64,000 nt of DNA from Candidatus Omnitrophota bacterium (GTDB lineage: Bacteria > Omnitrophota > Omnitrophia > Omnitrophales > JACQLI01): NCBI GenBank assembly GCA_016179745.1, contig JACPCP010000015.1, positions 45,608 to 109,607 on the forward strand. The letters are read 5' to 3'. Made by a program: the position numbers and the translations under genes. The notes beneath the pieces are model-generated. The model was not told the origin of the DNA. It saw nothing but the letters and a program-made list of their open reading frames with translations, and made no database searches. Positions 18,143 through 28,356 of the stretch are shown here, one piece after another. Numbering within the stretch: the first letter of the stretch is position 1; each line of letters opens with the position of its first letter.

Positions 18143-20911
18143 TTGGACGAAGACAAAAAGCTCCAGCAGGAAAAACTCAAGCCGCTTCGGGACGAGGTCC
18201 GTTTCCTCGGCGACTGCCTGGGCCGTGTCTTGATTGCCCAGGAGGGCCGGAAGTTTTTTGATCGGGTCGAGTGGGTTCGTAAAACTGCCATCGCCCTTCG
18301 CCGGGAACCGAGCGCCTCGCTCGAAGCCAAGCTCCTCCGGAAAATCCGTTCCCTCCCCCTCGAGACCCTCACAAAGCTCATCCGGGCCTTTACTGTTTAT
18401 TTCCAGCTCGTGAACCTCGCCGAGGAAAAACACCGCATCCGGAGAAAGCGCCATTACGAGTCGCTTCCCCAATCCAGGCCGCAGCCCGCCTCGGTCGAGG
18501 AAATGGCGCTCAAGCTGAAGGAGTCCGGCATGAGTCCCGGGAAGGTTAAGAAAATTCTTTCCGAGATTTCCATTGAGCTTGTTCTCACCGCCCATCCAAC
18601 GGAGGCCCAGCGCCGTTCCATCTTGGAAAGGCTCTTTGCCGTCAACGGCCTTTTGATCGACCGGGAAATCCGTTACCTCACAAGCCGGGAGCTCCGGGAG
18701 AATAACAGCAAAATCCTTCGTGAGATTGCGATTCTTTGGCAGACCGACGAACTCCGGCGCCGCCGCCAGACACCGATGGATGAAGTGGAGAATATCCTTT
18801 TCTACCTGGACGCCACCCTTTTTGAGACGCTCCCCGCCACGCTGCTCCATTTTGAAAAAGAGCTCCAGAAGCGGTTTCATCAGCCCATTCCGGTGGGGCC
18901 GTTGGTGCGCTTCGGTTCGTGGGTGGGAGGGGACCGGGACGGTAACCCCCACGTGACGCACGAAGTGACCTTTGAGGCCCTCCGCCGGCAAAAGGAGGCC
19001 GTCTTAAAAAAATACATTCAGGCGCTGGACCGGCTCATTTTGGAATCCAGCCAGTCCCTTGAACTGGCCGGCGCCACCGACGAGCTTCTCAAATCAATGG
19101 AGAAAGACAACCGTTCCCTTCCCCGTTTTGCCGAGGCGATGAAAGAGAAGAGCCGGAAAGAGCCTTACCGGAAAAAGCTGACCTTGATTCAGCGAAAACT
19201 CGTCAACACCCTTCGCTTCAATGCCCCTCCCGAGCTGAGGCAGAGCTCCACGGATGAAACCCTGGAGGCCGGTTACCGGAATGCCGGGGAGTTTCGTTCG
19301 GACCTGGCCGTGGTTCGTCGTTCCCTTGAGAAGCAAAAAGGGGGAAACCTTCAGGCGGCCGAATACCGGGCGCTTGAACTTGCCATTGAGCTTTTCGGGT
19401 TCCGGTTTGTCAGACTGGACATTCGGGAAGACCGCCTGCCCCTTGAAAGGGCTGTTTCCGAGATTGTCAGGAGCGAGGGCTGGGTCAAAGAAAAATTTTC
19501 CGATCTTCCGGAGGAAGAAAAATGTTCCTGTCTCCGTCAGTGGATCCGAACAGCCCCCCGTTCGATTCAACGGGGCCCCCTCTCGGACGAGACCCGGGAA
19601 GTGCTGGCCACCTTCGAAACCATCCGCCGGGCCCATGAGGAGATCGACTCCCGGGCGATTGACTCTTACATCCTCAGCATGACCCATTCGAGAAGCGATG
19701 TCTTGATGCTCCTTTGGCTGGCCCGGGAGACGGGCAATCCCGGGCTTCATCTGGTCCCTCTTTTTGAGACGATCCGTGATTTGGAAGAGGCCCCCCGGGT
19801 GATGGAAGCGCTTTACCGGGATCCGGTTTATGCGGAACACCTCCGGGGACTTGGAAAAAATCAGGAAATCATGCTGGGCTATTCCGACAGCAATAAAGAC
19901 GGCGGGTTCCTCACCTCCAATTGGGCCCTTTACGAGGCGCAGAAACGGCTGACCCGGGCGGCCCGGCGGTTTGGGGTCCGCCAAAAGCTTTTTCACGGCC
20001 GTGGCGGGACGATTGGCCGGGGAGGAGGCCCCGCCAACCAGGCGATTTTGGCCCAGCCGGCCGGGACGCTCGAGGGGCGGATCAAGATCACCGAGCAGGG
20101 GGAGGTCATTTCCTCCAAATATTCCAATCCCTACATTGCGGAGAGAAATATCGAGCTCGTGCTCTCGGCGGTCCTCGAGGCCTCCTGGCTCCGGCAGCGG
20201 CCCGCCCGGGAGGAGGAAAAATGGGAGAAGACGATCGAGGCCCTTTCCCGGGAGTCTTACCGGGCCTACCGGAGTCTTGTCTATGAGGACCCGGGATTCC
20301 CGGAATATTTTCGGAGCGCCACCCCGATTGAGGAAATTTCAGCCCACCACATCGGCTCCCGTCCGGCCCGGAGGGTGGAAAGTTCCCGGATTGAGGACTT
20401 GAGGGCCATCCCCTGGGTCTTTAGCTGGATGCAGTCCCGGACCATCCTTCCGAGCTGGTTCGGATTGGCCTCCGCTCTGGGCCGCACGGAGAAAGTCTCC
20501 CTTCAAGACTTGAGGGAGATGTATCGCCGCTGGCCCTTTTTCCGGACCTTGATTGATTTTATGCAGATGAGCATGCAGAAGGCCGACTTTCGGATTGCCT
20601 CGCTCTACGCCGGCCTGGTCCCCGACGCCAAGATCCGGGAAAAGATATTTTCCCGCCTCGAGGAGGAATACGCACGCACCCTCAAGATCCTTTTGGAAGT
20701 TACGGGGCAAAAGGAGATTCTAGACAACTACTACGCCCTTCAAAATTCCATCCGGCTCCGGAATCCCTACGTCGACCCGATGAGTTACGCCCAGGTGATT
20801 TTGCTGGACCGGCTGCGCCGCTCGCCGGACGAGAAGGAGAAAGACGCCTTGTGGCGGGCCGTCCTTTTTTCAATCAACGGGGTCGCCCAGGGCCTGCGCA
20901 ACACCGGCTAA
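18143..20911 (+). CDS. ppc: Phosphoenolpyruvate carboxylase
   Basis: LTAHPTE, GYSDSNKDGGFLTSNW, FHGRGGTIGRGGGP and C-terminal GLRNTG. The start is uncertain: TTG at 18143 just after the sufT stop. The ORF extension back to 17918 overlaps sufT. Confidence 0.9.
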   Translation: MDEDKKLQQEKLKPLRDEVRFLGDCLGRVLIAQEGRKFFDRVEWVRKTAIALRREPSASLEAKLLRKIRSLPLETLTKLIRAFTVYFQLVNLAEEKHRIRRKRHYESLPQSRPQPASVEEMALKLKESGMSPGKVKKILSEISIELVLTAHPTEAQRRSILERLFAVNGLLIDREIRYLTSRELRENNSKILREIAILWQTDELRRRRQTPMDEVENILFYLDATLFETLPATLLHFEKELQKRFHQPIPVGPLVRFGSWVGGDRDGNPHVTHEVTFEALRRQKEAVLKKYIQALDRLILESSQSLELAGATDELLKSMEKDNRSLPRFAEAMKEKSRKEPYRKKLTLIQRKLVNTLRFNAPPELRQSSTDETLEAGYRNAGEFRSDLAVVRRSLEKQKGGNLQAAEYRALELAIELFGFRFVRLDIREDRLPLERAVSEIVRSEGWVKEKFSDLPEEEKCSCLRQWIRTAPRSIQRGPLSDETREVLATFETIRRAHEEIDSRAIDSYILSMTHSRSDVLMLLWLARETGNPGLHLVPLFETIRDLEEAPRVMEALYRDPVYAEHLRGLGKNQEIMLGYSDSNKDGGFLTSNWALYEAQKRLTRAARRFGVRQKLFHGRGGTIGRGGGPANQAILAQPAGTLEGRIKITEQGEVISSKYSNPYIAERNIELVLSAVLEASWLRQRPAREEEKWEKTIEALSRESYRAYRSLVYEDPGFPEYFRSATPIEEISAHHIGSRPARRVESSRIEDLRAIPWVFSWMQSRTILPSWFGLASALGRTEKVSLQDLREMYRRWPFFRTLIDFMQMSMQKADFRIASLYAGLVPDAKIREKIFSRLEEEYARTLKILLEVTGQKEILDNYYALQNSIRLRNPYVDPMSYAQVILLDRLRRSPDEKEKDALWRAVLFSINGVAQGLRNTG

Positions 20912-21786
20912 CTCAGAAGCCTTAAAAGGCCCTGCGGATTTTTGAGGAGGTAATCGGGCTTGATCTTTCGAAGCTCTTCCCTGACGGCCCGGGGGTCCCG
21001 GGTGAATTTTGGAAAAGCGGCGGTCCGGAGGGAAATAAATTTTTTGGCTCGCTTTCCGGCCAGGACATCGTCGGGCAAATCGCCGACGTAAAGGAAACGA
21101 AGACGTGTGCGGGACGGTGTCCGGTAACGGTAACTTTTTTTAAATTTTCTTGCGGCTTCAAGGATCGGCCAGGGGTCCGGTTTCCGGAGCCGTTTTCCCT
21201 GCCGCCTTTCCTCCCGGCGGACCTGGTCAATCGTGACCAGGACATCAAAGAGACTCAAAATTCCCAATCGCTTCAGTGCATATTCCGCCTCGTAACGGTC
21301 CCGCCCCGTGACGATCCCCAGCCGGACGCCCCGACCGTGGATTTTTTCCAAGAGGGACTTTGGAAAGATCAGTTTTTCCTTCCGGATGAGACCCGAACCC
21401 TTCTTTGAACCCAGGTAGATTCCTTGAAATATTCCGGCGATCTTCCGGTAGCTGGGCGTTTCCACCCGCCCGTAAAGGACCTTGAGTCCCTTGAGGAGTC
21501 CTTCGATTCCAAGCGGCCGCCCGGGGAAGGTGCCTCTCAATTCGGAAATGGAGAGGCGATGAAGGGCCGTCTCGAGAAACGTGATGATGCCGTAGCAGGC
21601 GTCCCAGTCATCATTGAAGCCGCCGAGGAGTTTAAATTGGTCGATCTCCTTCGGTGTGACGACGCCGGGGCGGTTCAGGTAGATCTCAACCGTTTTTTGG
21701 ATGGCGGCAAGGTAAGAAGCCCGGGTGTCGACCAGGACGTTATCGATGTCAAAGAGGACGACATCGAATCGGTTTCGTCGAGACAC
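20908..21786 (-). CDS. HAD-superfamily phosphatase-like hydrolase with a large cap insertion
   Basis: Motif I is VVLFDIDNVLVDT, motif II IVTGRDR, motif III KPDPWP, and motif IV YVGDLPDDV. I chose the GTG at 21786, because the longer ORF would overlap ilvD. Confidence 0.7.
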   Translation of the reverse strand: MSRRNRFDVVLFDIDNVLVDTRASYLAAIQKTVEIYLNRPGVVTPKEIDQFKLLGGFNDDWDACYGIITFLETALHRLSISELRGTFPGRPLGIEGLLKGLKVLYGRVETPSYRKIAGIFQGIYLGSKKGSGLIRKEKLIFPKSLLEKIHGRGVRLGIVTGRDRYEAEYALKRLGILSLFDVLVTIDQVRREERRQGKRLRKPDPWPILEAARKFKKSYRYRTPSRTRLRFLYVGDLPDDVLAGKRAKKFISLRTAAFPKFTRDPRAVREELRKIKPDYLLKNPQGLLRLLS

Positions 21787-21797
21787 CGGCGAGCGCC

Positions 21798-23480
21798 TCA
21801 AGCCGTGGTGACGGCTCCCTGGGAGGCCGACGTGAAAAGGCGGGCGTATTTGGCGAAGATGCCGGTGGTGTAACGGGGGACCGGACGAATCCACGCCCGG
21901 AGCCTTTGACTTAATTCTTTTTCGGAAATTTCGAGCGTGAGTTTCCGGCCGGGAAGATCCAGGGTGATCCGGTCTCCTTCGTTGACGACCGCAATCGGCC
22001 CGCCTTCCTCGGCTTCCGGCGAGACGTGACCGACCATGGCCCCCCGGGTGGCGCCGGAAAACCGGCCGTCTGTGAGAAGGACCACCTTTTCCCCGAAGCC
22101 TTGTCCTGCAATGGCGGCGGTGACAGCGAGCATCTCCCGCATCCCCGGGCCTCCCCGTGGGCCTTCGTAACGGATCACCACCACGTCACCGGGTTTAATT
22201 TTTTTATCCTGGACCGCCTTGAAGGCCGCCTCTTCGGAATCAAAGACCCGGGCCGTTCCGTTAAAGACAAGATCCTTCGAGCCCGTCAATTTAAGGACGG
22301 CGCCGTCCGGGGCAAGATTTCCGTGGAGCACGACGAGTGCCCCTTCCGGGTGAATGGGATTTTTCGTTGAGCGGACCAGGTCCCGCCCGGCCTCAAGGTC
22401 AAGCCGGATGGCTTTCAAATTTTCTTCAAGAGTTTTTCCCGTGACGGTTAAAGCGTCTCCGTGAAGGAGGCCGGCTTCGAGCAGTGTTTTGAGAAGAAGG
22501 GGGACCCCGCCCTTGGCGTCCAGATCGGACATCACAAACCGGCCGGCCGGTTTCATGTCTCCGAGGTGCGGTGTCTTTCGGCTGATTCGTTCAAAATCAT
22601 CGAGTGAAAGTTTGATGCCCGCTTCTTTGGCAAGGGCGAGAAGGTGAAGCACGGCATTGGTGGAGCCGCCGATGGCGACATCCGCCGTGATCGCATTCTC
22701 AAACGCTTTTTTCGTCAGGATGTCCCGGGGGCGGATCCCCTTTTCGAGGAGAAAGAGAACCTGTTTTCCGGCCTGTCGGGATGTTGAAAGGTGACGAGGA
22801 TCTTCCGCCGGGATCGAGGCCGACCCCGGGAGCGACATTCCGAGCGTCTCAATCACGGTGGCCATCGTATTGGCCGTGAACATCCCGGCGCAGCTTCCGG
22901 CGCCGGGGCAGGCTGAACATTCCAGGGCCCGGAGTTCGGCCAGGGTCATCTTTCCCCGGGCAAACTTTCCGACCGCCTCAAAGACATCCTGGATATTGAC
23001 GTCGTGACCTTCAAATTTTCCGGGATAAATCGTTCCGCCGTAGATAAAAACCGTCGGGATATTGAGGCGGATTGCCGCCATCACGGAGCCCGGCAGGTTT
23101 TTGTCACAGCCTGCGATCGTGACCAGGCCGTCGAAACGTTCCCCGATCGAGGCGCATTCAATGGAGTCGGCGATGATTTCCCGGGAAATGAGCGAGGCCT
23201 TCATCCCCTCGGTCCCCATCGAAATCCCGTCAGAAACGGTGATGGTCCCGAATTCGAAGGGGACTCCGCCCGCTTCCCGCACGCCTTTTTTGACTTCAGC
23301 CGCCACCTTGTCAAGGTGGACATTGCAGGGGGTGATGTCAGAGGCCGTGTTGGCGACACCGATGAAGGGTTTTTCGAGGTCCTCGTCGGTGAGTCCCATG
23401 GCCCGGAGCATGGCCCGGGCGGGCGCCCGTTCGGGGCCCTCGGTGATTTCTCTGGAACGGTGTTTAAGTTTTGAATTCAT
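21798..23480 (-). CDS. ilvD: Dihydroxy-acid dehydratase
   Basis: 560 aa. Contains [35 protein letters not shown] and TDGRFSGAT. Confidence 0.95.
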   Translation of the reverse strand: MNSKLKHRSREITEGPERAPARAMLRAMGLTDEDLEKPFIGVANTASDITPCNVHLDKVAAEVKKGVREAGGVPFEFGTITVSDGISMGTEGMKASLISREIIADSIECASIGERFDGLVTIAGCDKNLPGSVMAAIRLNIPTVFIYGGTIYPGKFEGHDVNIQDVFEAVGKFARGKMTLAELRALECSACPGAGSCAGMFTANTMATVIETLGMSLPGSASIPAEDPRHLSTSRQAGKQVLFLLEKGIRPRDILTKKAFENAITADVAIGGSTNAVLHLLALAKEAGIKLSLDDFERISRKTPHLGDMKPAGRFVMSDLDAKGGVPLLLKTLLEAGLLHGDALTVTGKTLEENLKAIRLDLEAGRDLVRSTKNPIHPEGALVVLHGNLAPDGAVLKLTGSKDLVFNGTARVFDSEEAAFKAVQDKKIKPGDVVVIRYEGPRGGPGMREMLAVTAAIAGQGFGEKVVLLTDGRFSGATRGAMVGHVSPEAEEGGPIAVVNEGDRITLDLPGRKLTLEISEKELSQRLRAWIRPVPRYTTGIFAKYARLFTSASQGAVTTA

Positions 23481-23536
23481 GGGCCGGGTATTTTAACACA
23501 ACCAACGAAAAACGTGCACCGGACGGCGTCCGGAAA

Positions 23537-24547
23537 CTAAACCAGGTAAGAGGCGAGGGCGCTTGAAAGATTTGAGGTCGGCTTTCCGGAGGGGTCCTGG
23601 GTCGGGAGTGTGACCGGCGTGTATTGATTCAGGATGGGTGCGTTGACGGCAATGCGGTCGTAGTAAGTCGGAAGGTCGATCTGGTAGAAAACGCCGATCG
23701 GGACCTGCTCGCCCCGGTAATAGGCCATTTCAAAGGCCTGTTTTTTCTTCGAAAGGACTTCCTCTTCATTCGAGGCGTCTTTCACCCGGCTGTCGTAGCC
23801 CTCTTTTTCAATATCAAAGCAGCGGGGTTTTTGCTGGCCGTGGCTTTCCACCATTTGGGCAAACCACTCCTTGGTGTGGAGGTCGTTATAAGTCGGGCAG
23901 GGCTGGAGCACATCGACCAGGGCCATGCCCCGGTGGAGGATGGCCCGTTTGATGGTTTCCTTCAGGTGGGCCCCGGCAAAGGCGTAGCTTCGTGCGATGA
24001 AGGTGTAACCGGAACTCAAGGCGAGGGCAAGCGGATTCACCCCGTCCATCACGTTCGGGAGGGGAAGCGATTTCGGTTTCTCACCCCGTTTCAAGGTCGG
24101 CGAGGCCTGACCTTTTGTGAGTCCGTAGACTTCGTTATTGTAAACAATGTAAGCAAGATCCACATTGCGGCGGCCTGCGTGGACAAAGTGAGCGGCGCCG
24201 ATTCCGTAACCGTCGCCGTCTCCGCCGACGGCCACCACTTCAATTTCAGGGTTGGCCATCTTGGCGCCCAGGGCGAAGGCGAGGGTGCGGCCGTGAAGGG
24301 AATGAATTCCGTAGGTCTTGATAAAGTGGGGGGTCTTTGAAGAACAGCCGACGCCCGAGACCATCGTCACCCGCCACGGGGCGAATTTGAGCTCGGCCAG
24401 CGCCTGCTGCACCGAGGCCGTGATCCCAAAATCGCCGCAGCCCGGGCACCAGTCGATATGGACGTCCGTCTTGAAGTCCTTCATCGTCAGCGGCTTTTCC
24501 GAAAGATTCTTGGGATTGATCTTCGTGGTCTCCATACCGATGGGCAC
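23537..24547 (-). CDS. korB: 2-oxoacid:ferredoxin oxidoreductase, beta (TPP-binding) subunit
   Basis: WCPGCGDFGI, GVGCSS, GGDGDGYGIG and NNEVYGLTKGQ. The 2-oxoacid substrate is not determinable from sequence. Confidence 0.85.
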   Translation of the reverse strand: MPIGMETTKINPKNLSEKPLTMKDFKTDVHIDWCPGCGDFGITASVQQALAELKFAPWRVTMVSGVGCSSKTPHFIKTYGIHSLHGRTLAFALGAKMANPEIEVVAVGGDGDGYGIGAAHFVHAGRRNVDLAYIVYNNEVYGLTKGQASPTLKRGEKPKSLPLPNVMDGVNPLALALSSGYTFIARSYAFAGAHLKETIKRAILHRGMALVDVLQPCPTYNDLHTKEWFAQMVESHGQQKPRCFDIEKEGYDSRVKDASNEEEVLSKKKQAFEMAYYRGEQVPIGVFYQIDLPTYYDRIAVNAPILNQYTPVTLPTQDPSGKPTSNLSSALASYLV

Positions 24548-24555
24548 TCTCTCCT

Positions 24556-26379
24556 TTACATTCCCGCCGTTAAGACGACTTTGGCTTCGTTCTTTTTGGC
24601 CACTTGGAGGACGCCTTCGACAATCTCAGTCTCGGAAATCGGCCGCCCGTTCCATTTTAGAATTTTGTGATGAACCTGAATGCCGGTTTCCCTCCGGACG
24701 AGGCTGGCCAGCTGGCCGGAATAGTTCATTTCGATATCCACGATTTTCTTCGCCTTCTTTAGAATCCGGGTGACGGCCTCGGCCGGAAAAGGCCAGAGAA
24801 GATGGACTAGAAGGAAATTGGCGTTAATGCCCGCTTTCTTCAGCTTCGGGAGCGCATCCAAAATAGCGCCTTTGGGAGAGCCCCAGCTCATGAGGGTGAG
24901 GTCGGCCGAGGCGTCGCCGTAAAACCGGATTTGGTCTTTTTCGGGAATCTCCCGGGCCGCAATCTCAAGCTTCTTCATTCTCTTTTCGTGCATCGGGACC
25001 CGGTTCGCCGCACTTTCGTCGATGTTGCCAAGCTCATTGTGCTCGTCCCCTGTCATCCAGAAGATCCCGTCCTGCATTCCCGGAAACGTCCGGGGCGAAA
25101 TTCCGGCCTCAGTGAAGGCGAACCGTTTATACATTCCGTCAATGGAGTAACGGCTCATGTCTTCTTTTGTAGCGACCCTGCCCCGGTCAATCCGGAGTTT
25201 GGATTCATCGAAGGGGAGAAAGCTTTGGGTATTATTTCCGATATTTTTGTCGGTCAGGACAACGACCGGAGTTTGATAACGGTCGGCGTAGTTGAAGGCC
25301 TCAAAGGAATCGTAGAAGTATTCCTCGTGGTCGGCCGGGGCAATGACAATCCGGGGAAATTCGCCGTGGGCAAAGTGGATGGCAAAGAAAAGCTCTCCCT
25401 GCTCGTGCCGGGTGGGGAGCCCGGTGGCGGGTCCGCCCCGCTGGTAATTGAAAACTACAAGGGGCACCTCGTTCATCCCTGCCCAGCCGATCCCCTCTGC
25501 CATCAGCGAGAATCCCGGGCCGGAGGTCGAAGTCGAGGCCCGGACCCCCATAATGGAGGCGGCAATGGCCTGTTCTACGGATGAAATCTCATCCTCACAT
25601 TGCATGACGAGCATCCCATGCTCCGGGAGCCCTTCCAGATAGACTGATTCGTCACTGGCCGGGGTGATGGGGTAATAAGTTTGGAACCGGCAGCCGGCCT
25701 TGAGTTTTCCCACGGCCACGGCGGTGGTCCCGGTCATGACGAGGCGTTGGGGCACTCCGTGGATTTGTTCGAGCCTGTAGGGGAACTTATCGATGGAATC
25801 CCTTTTAACGAAGGAGTAGGCCTTCTTGGCCACGGCCATGTTCATCGGGACCAGTTTTGCCTTCCGGCCGGTGAAAATCCCAGCCAATCCTTTTTCAAGG
25901 ACAGAGATGTCAAAATCAAGGAGGGCGAAGGAGGCAGCGACCGAAATGGTATTCTTCATAATGACGAGTTTGGAGAAAGATTCTCCCGTTTCAGCGGCGA
26001 CTTGCCTCAAGACTTCAGCGTAATCCAGGGGGACGAGGAGGACCCCTTTGGGGAGATTCAGGTTTTCGGGGTGGGTGACGGTCGGGTCGTAGAGGAGGGC
26101 CCCGTCGGGCACGACCTCGTGGGCGTGGATCCGGGCCGTTGAATCCTCAAAGGTGGCGAGGAGGTGAACGGGGTCGAGATGGGACCCCACCTGCTTCGAG
26201 GAGACCCGGATCTGGAAATAGCTGTGTTCTCCGATGATATTGGAGTGGTATTCCCGTTTGCCGAAGACCCAGAGGCCTCCGGTGACACAGGCCCGGGCGA
26301 AAAGGGTGGCTGAGGAGTCAACCCCGGTGCCTTGCGGCCCTCCAATCATCCACGAAAGGTCATTCACCGTTTTCTTCAT
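24556..26379 (-). CDS. korA: 2-oxoacid:ferredoxin oxidoreductase, alpha subunit (fused gamma-alpha, 607 aa)
   Basis: The N-terminal gamma-like part reads GGPQGTGVDS..., followed by YPITPASD and GGPATGLPT motifs. It sits immediately upstream of the beta subunit. Confidence 0.85.
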   Translation of the reverse strand: MKKTVNDLSWMIGGPQGTGVDSSATLFARACVTGGLWVFGKREYHSNIIGEHSYFQIRVSSKQVGSHLDPVHLLATFEDSTARIHAHEVVPDGALLYDPTVTHPENLNLPKGVLLVPLDYAEVLRQVAAETGESFSKLVIMKNTISVAASFALLDFDISVLEKGLAGIFTGRKAKLVPMNMAVAKKAYSFVKRDSIDKFPYRLEQIHGVPQRLVMTGTTAVAVGKLKAGCRFQTYYPITPASDESVYLEGLPEHGMLVMQCEDEISSVEQAIAASIMGVRASTSTSGPGFSLMAEGIGWAGMNEVPLVVFNYQRGGPATGLPTRHEQGELFFAIHFAHGEFPRIVIAPADHEEYFYDSFEAFNYADRYQTPVVVLTDKNIGNNTQSFLPFDESKLRIDRGRVATKEDMSRYSIDGMYKRFAFTEAGISPRTFPGMQDGIFWMTGDEHNELGNIDESAANRVPMHEKRMKKLEIAAREIPEKDQIRFYGDASADLTLMSWGSPKGAILDALPKLKKAGINANFLLVHLLWPFPAEAVTRILKKAKKIVDIEMNYSGQLASLVRRETGIQVHHKILKWNGRPISETEIVEGVLQVAKKNEAKVVLTAGM

Positions 26380-26561
26380 GAGGCTCCTTTAAACTATAGT
26401 AATGCCGATTTTTTTATCAAGATTAGGGTATTTGGGTTAGCAAATGAAGGCAGCTTGCCTCGTCCCTCACTATTCCTTATGATGAAGCCCTTTATGAATC
26501 AAGAATGCGTCACTATACCAATTCTCAAGGAAAACTCAACAGAAAAAAGGGGGTCTTCACG

Positions 26562-26786
26562 ATGACGCTGGCGGAACGGATTCAGGCCTCAGTATTGGGG
26601 GCCCTTCCCGGGGCGGAGGTGACGGTTCAGGATATGACCGGGGGAGGGGACCACTTTCAAGTGATTGTCCTTTCCCCGGCCTTCAAGGGAAAAACCTTGA
26701 TTGAGCAGCACCAGATGGTGCACGCCTCCCTCGGGCCCTTGAAGGACGAAATTCACGCCCTGGCCATCAAAACCCGTGCCGTCTAG
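26562..26786 (+). CDS. bolA: BolA-family protein
   Basis: 75 aa from the ATG at 26562. GGGDHFQVIVLSPAFKGKTLIEQHQMVH...IHALAIKT is a typical BolA core. Confidence 0.8.
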   Translation: MTLAERIQASVLGALPGAEVTVQDMTGGGDHFQVIVLSPAFKGKTLIEQHQMVHASLGPLKDEIHALAIKTRAV

Positions 26787-26833
26787 GGGACGGTTTGTGA
26801 TAGAATTGGGCCCCCTCAAAGGGAGAAAGACCT

Positions 26834-27160
26834 ATGACCAACACGACTGAAAAGATTCAATCAGAGATCCGGGCCGATAAAATCGTCATCTTCATGAAAG
26901 GGACGCCCGATTTTCCCCAATGCGGTTTCTCGGCGAAGACGGTCGAGATTTTTAAAAGCCTCGGGTTTCCGTTTCATACCGTGGATATCCTGGCCCATCC
27001 GGACATCCGGGCCCTCCTCCCTCAGATTTCCAACTGGCCGACCTTCCCGCAGGTCTTCGTGAAGGGAAAATTGATCGGCGGGTGCGATATCGTGAGTGAG
27101 ATGCACAGCGAAGGCCAGCTCAAGCCGCTCCTCGAATCCGCCTTTAAAGACTCAAAGTAA
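26834..27160 (+). CDS. grxD: Monothiol glutaredoxin (Grx4 family)
   Basis: CGFS active site (PQCGFS), WPTFPQVFVKGKLIGGCDI. 108 aa, adjacent to bolA. Confidence 0.9.
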   Translation: MTNTTEKIQSEIRADKIVIFMKGTPDFPQCGFSAKTVEIFKSLGFPFHTVDILAHPDIRALLPQISNWPTFPQVFVKGKLIGGCDIVSEMHSEGQLKPLLESAFKDSK

Positions 27161-27191
27161 CGTTGAACCCTTGTTGATAAAGGAGAAAAAT

Positions 27192-27713
27192 TTGCCTCAG
27201 AACACTCTCAGTAAAATTTTAACTTTCATTCTCGTGACGGCCGTCTTGGGGACCGGCGCCGGGAGTCTTTGGGCGGCGGAAGGCGTCCGGATCGAGGCCG
27301 GAAAAAAAGTCACATTGACCTACAAACTTCTGGTGAAGGGAACCCTTCTCGAAGAGGCCGATGTCAAAAATCCCTTCACCTATCTTCACGGGAAAAATCA
27401 GATTGTGCCGGGGCTTGAGAAAGGCCTGACGGGTCTTCGGGCCGGCGAAAAAAAGACGGTTCAGGTTCCCACCCGGGAGGCTTACGGCCCCCCCAACCCC
27501 CAGGCGTTACAAGAAATCCCCAGGGAGAATCTACCGAAGGATGTCAGTGCCACGAAGGGGACTCTTCTGGAAGCCACTTCCCCGGAAGGGATGACTCAAG
27601 TGGTCAAGATCGTTGAGGTGAAACCGAAATCCGTGGTGATTGATTTCAACCACCCGCTGGCCGGCAAGGACCTCGAGTTTCAGGTTGTGGTTTTGAGGGT
27701 GGAAACGCCCTGA
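27192..27713 (+). CDS. Secreted FKBP-type peptidyl-prolyl isomerase (SlyD-like)
   Basis: AAGGAG RBS and a TTG at 27192, then a signal/TM segment ILTFILVTAVLGTGAGSLWA. YLHGKNQIVPGLEKGLTGLRAGEKK and DFNHPLAGKDLEF are also present. Confidence 0.75.
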   Translation: MPQNTLSKILTFILVTAVLGTGAGSLWAAEGVRIEAGKKVTLTYKLLVKGTLLEEADVKNPFTYLHGKNQIVPGLEKGLTGLRAGEKKTVQVPTREAYGPPNPQALQEIPRENLPKDVSATKGTLLEATSPEGMTQVVKIVEVKPKSVVIDFNHPLAGKDLEFQVVVLRVETP

Positions 27714-27720
27714 GTCCGGA

Positions 27721-28245
27721 CTATTTCCCGAGTGTTTTCTGGCCCGGCTTCCAATCGCAGGCGGTGAGACCCCCGGTCTGAAAGGCCTGCAGGGTCCTCA
27801 AGGTTTCATCCACGCTTCGTCCCACCGAAAGGTCGTTGACGACGGCGCTACGGCAGACGCCCTGAGGGTCGATGATGAAAGTGCCTCGAAGGGCCACGCC
27901 CTTGTCTTCCACGAGAACTCCAAACGTCTTGCTGACTTCGTGGCTGGTGTCGCCGATCATCGGGAATTTGACCTTCCCGAGGCCGCCTTCGCACCACGCC
28001 TTGTGCGAATAAACACTGTCCGTGCTGGCGGTGAGGACCTCCGCCCCGACCTTTCTAAACTCGTCATACTTGGCATTAAAGCCCTGGATCTCGGTCGGGC
28101 AGACGAAGGTAAAGTCGAGAGGATAGAAGAAGATCACGACCCACTTTCCCTTGTAATCGGAGAGTTTGACTTCCTTGAAGGAGCTGTCAGGCAAGAGGGC
28201 CTGTGCTTTGATGTCCGGAACCGGTTTTCCTACTTTTAATTCCAC
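27721..28245 (-). CDS. Typical 2-Cys peroxiredoxin (AhpC/Prx family)
   Basis: FFYPLDFTFVCPTEI carries the peroxidatic Cys, and the C-terminal ..ACDWKPG carries the resolving Cys. Confidence 0.9.
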   Translation of the reverse strand: MELKVGKPVPDIKAQALLPDSSFKEVKLSDYKGKWVVIFFYPLDFTFVCPTEIQGFNAKYDEFRKVGAEVLTASTDSVYSHKAWCEGGLGKVKFPMIGDTSHEVSKTFGVLVEDKGVALRGTFIIDPQGVCRSAVVNDLSVGRSVDETLRTLQAFQTGGLTACDWKPGQKTLGK

Positions 28246-28356
28246 AATTTCCTCCCTTTGTTTTCTGGTGTTTTAAGCGGGTAGGGATTATGTCCCATCC
28301 ATACTTTTTGTCAACTGCCTTGATTCGGGGTGGGGGATTCGATAGACTTGCCGCCC

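Noticed and set aside
21787-21894. N-terminal extension of the minus-strand HAD ORF into ilvD
   Set aside because: It would overlap the ilvD 3' end by about 100 nt and has His/Arg/Pro-rich composition. A GTG at 21786 sits 12 nt after the ilvD stop and directly precedes HAD motif I.
27712-27721. Perfect 10-nt palindrome AGTCCGGACT between the convergent FKBP and peroxiredoxin genes, considered as a terminator
   Set aside because: It has no loop and no T-run, so it cannot form a stable hairpin. It is probably incidental.
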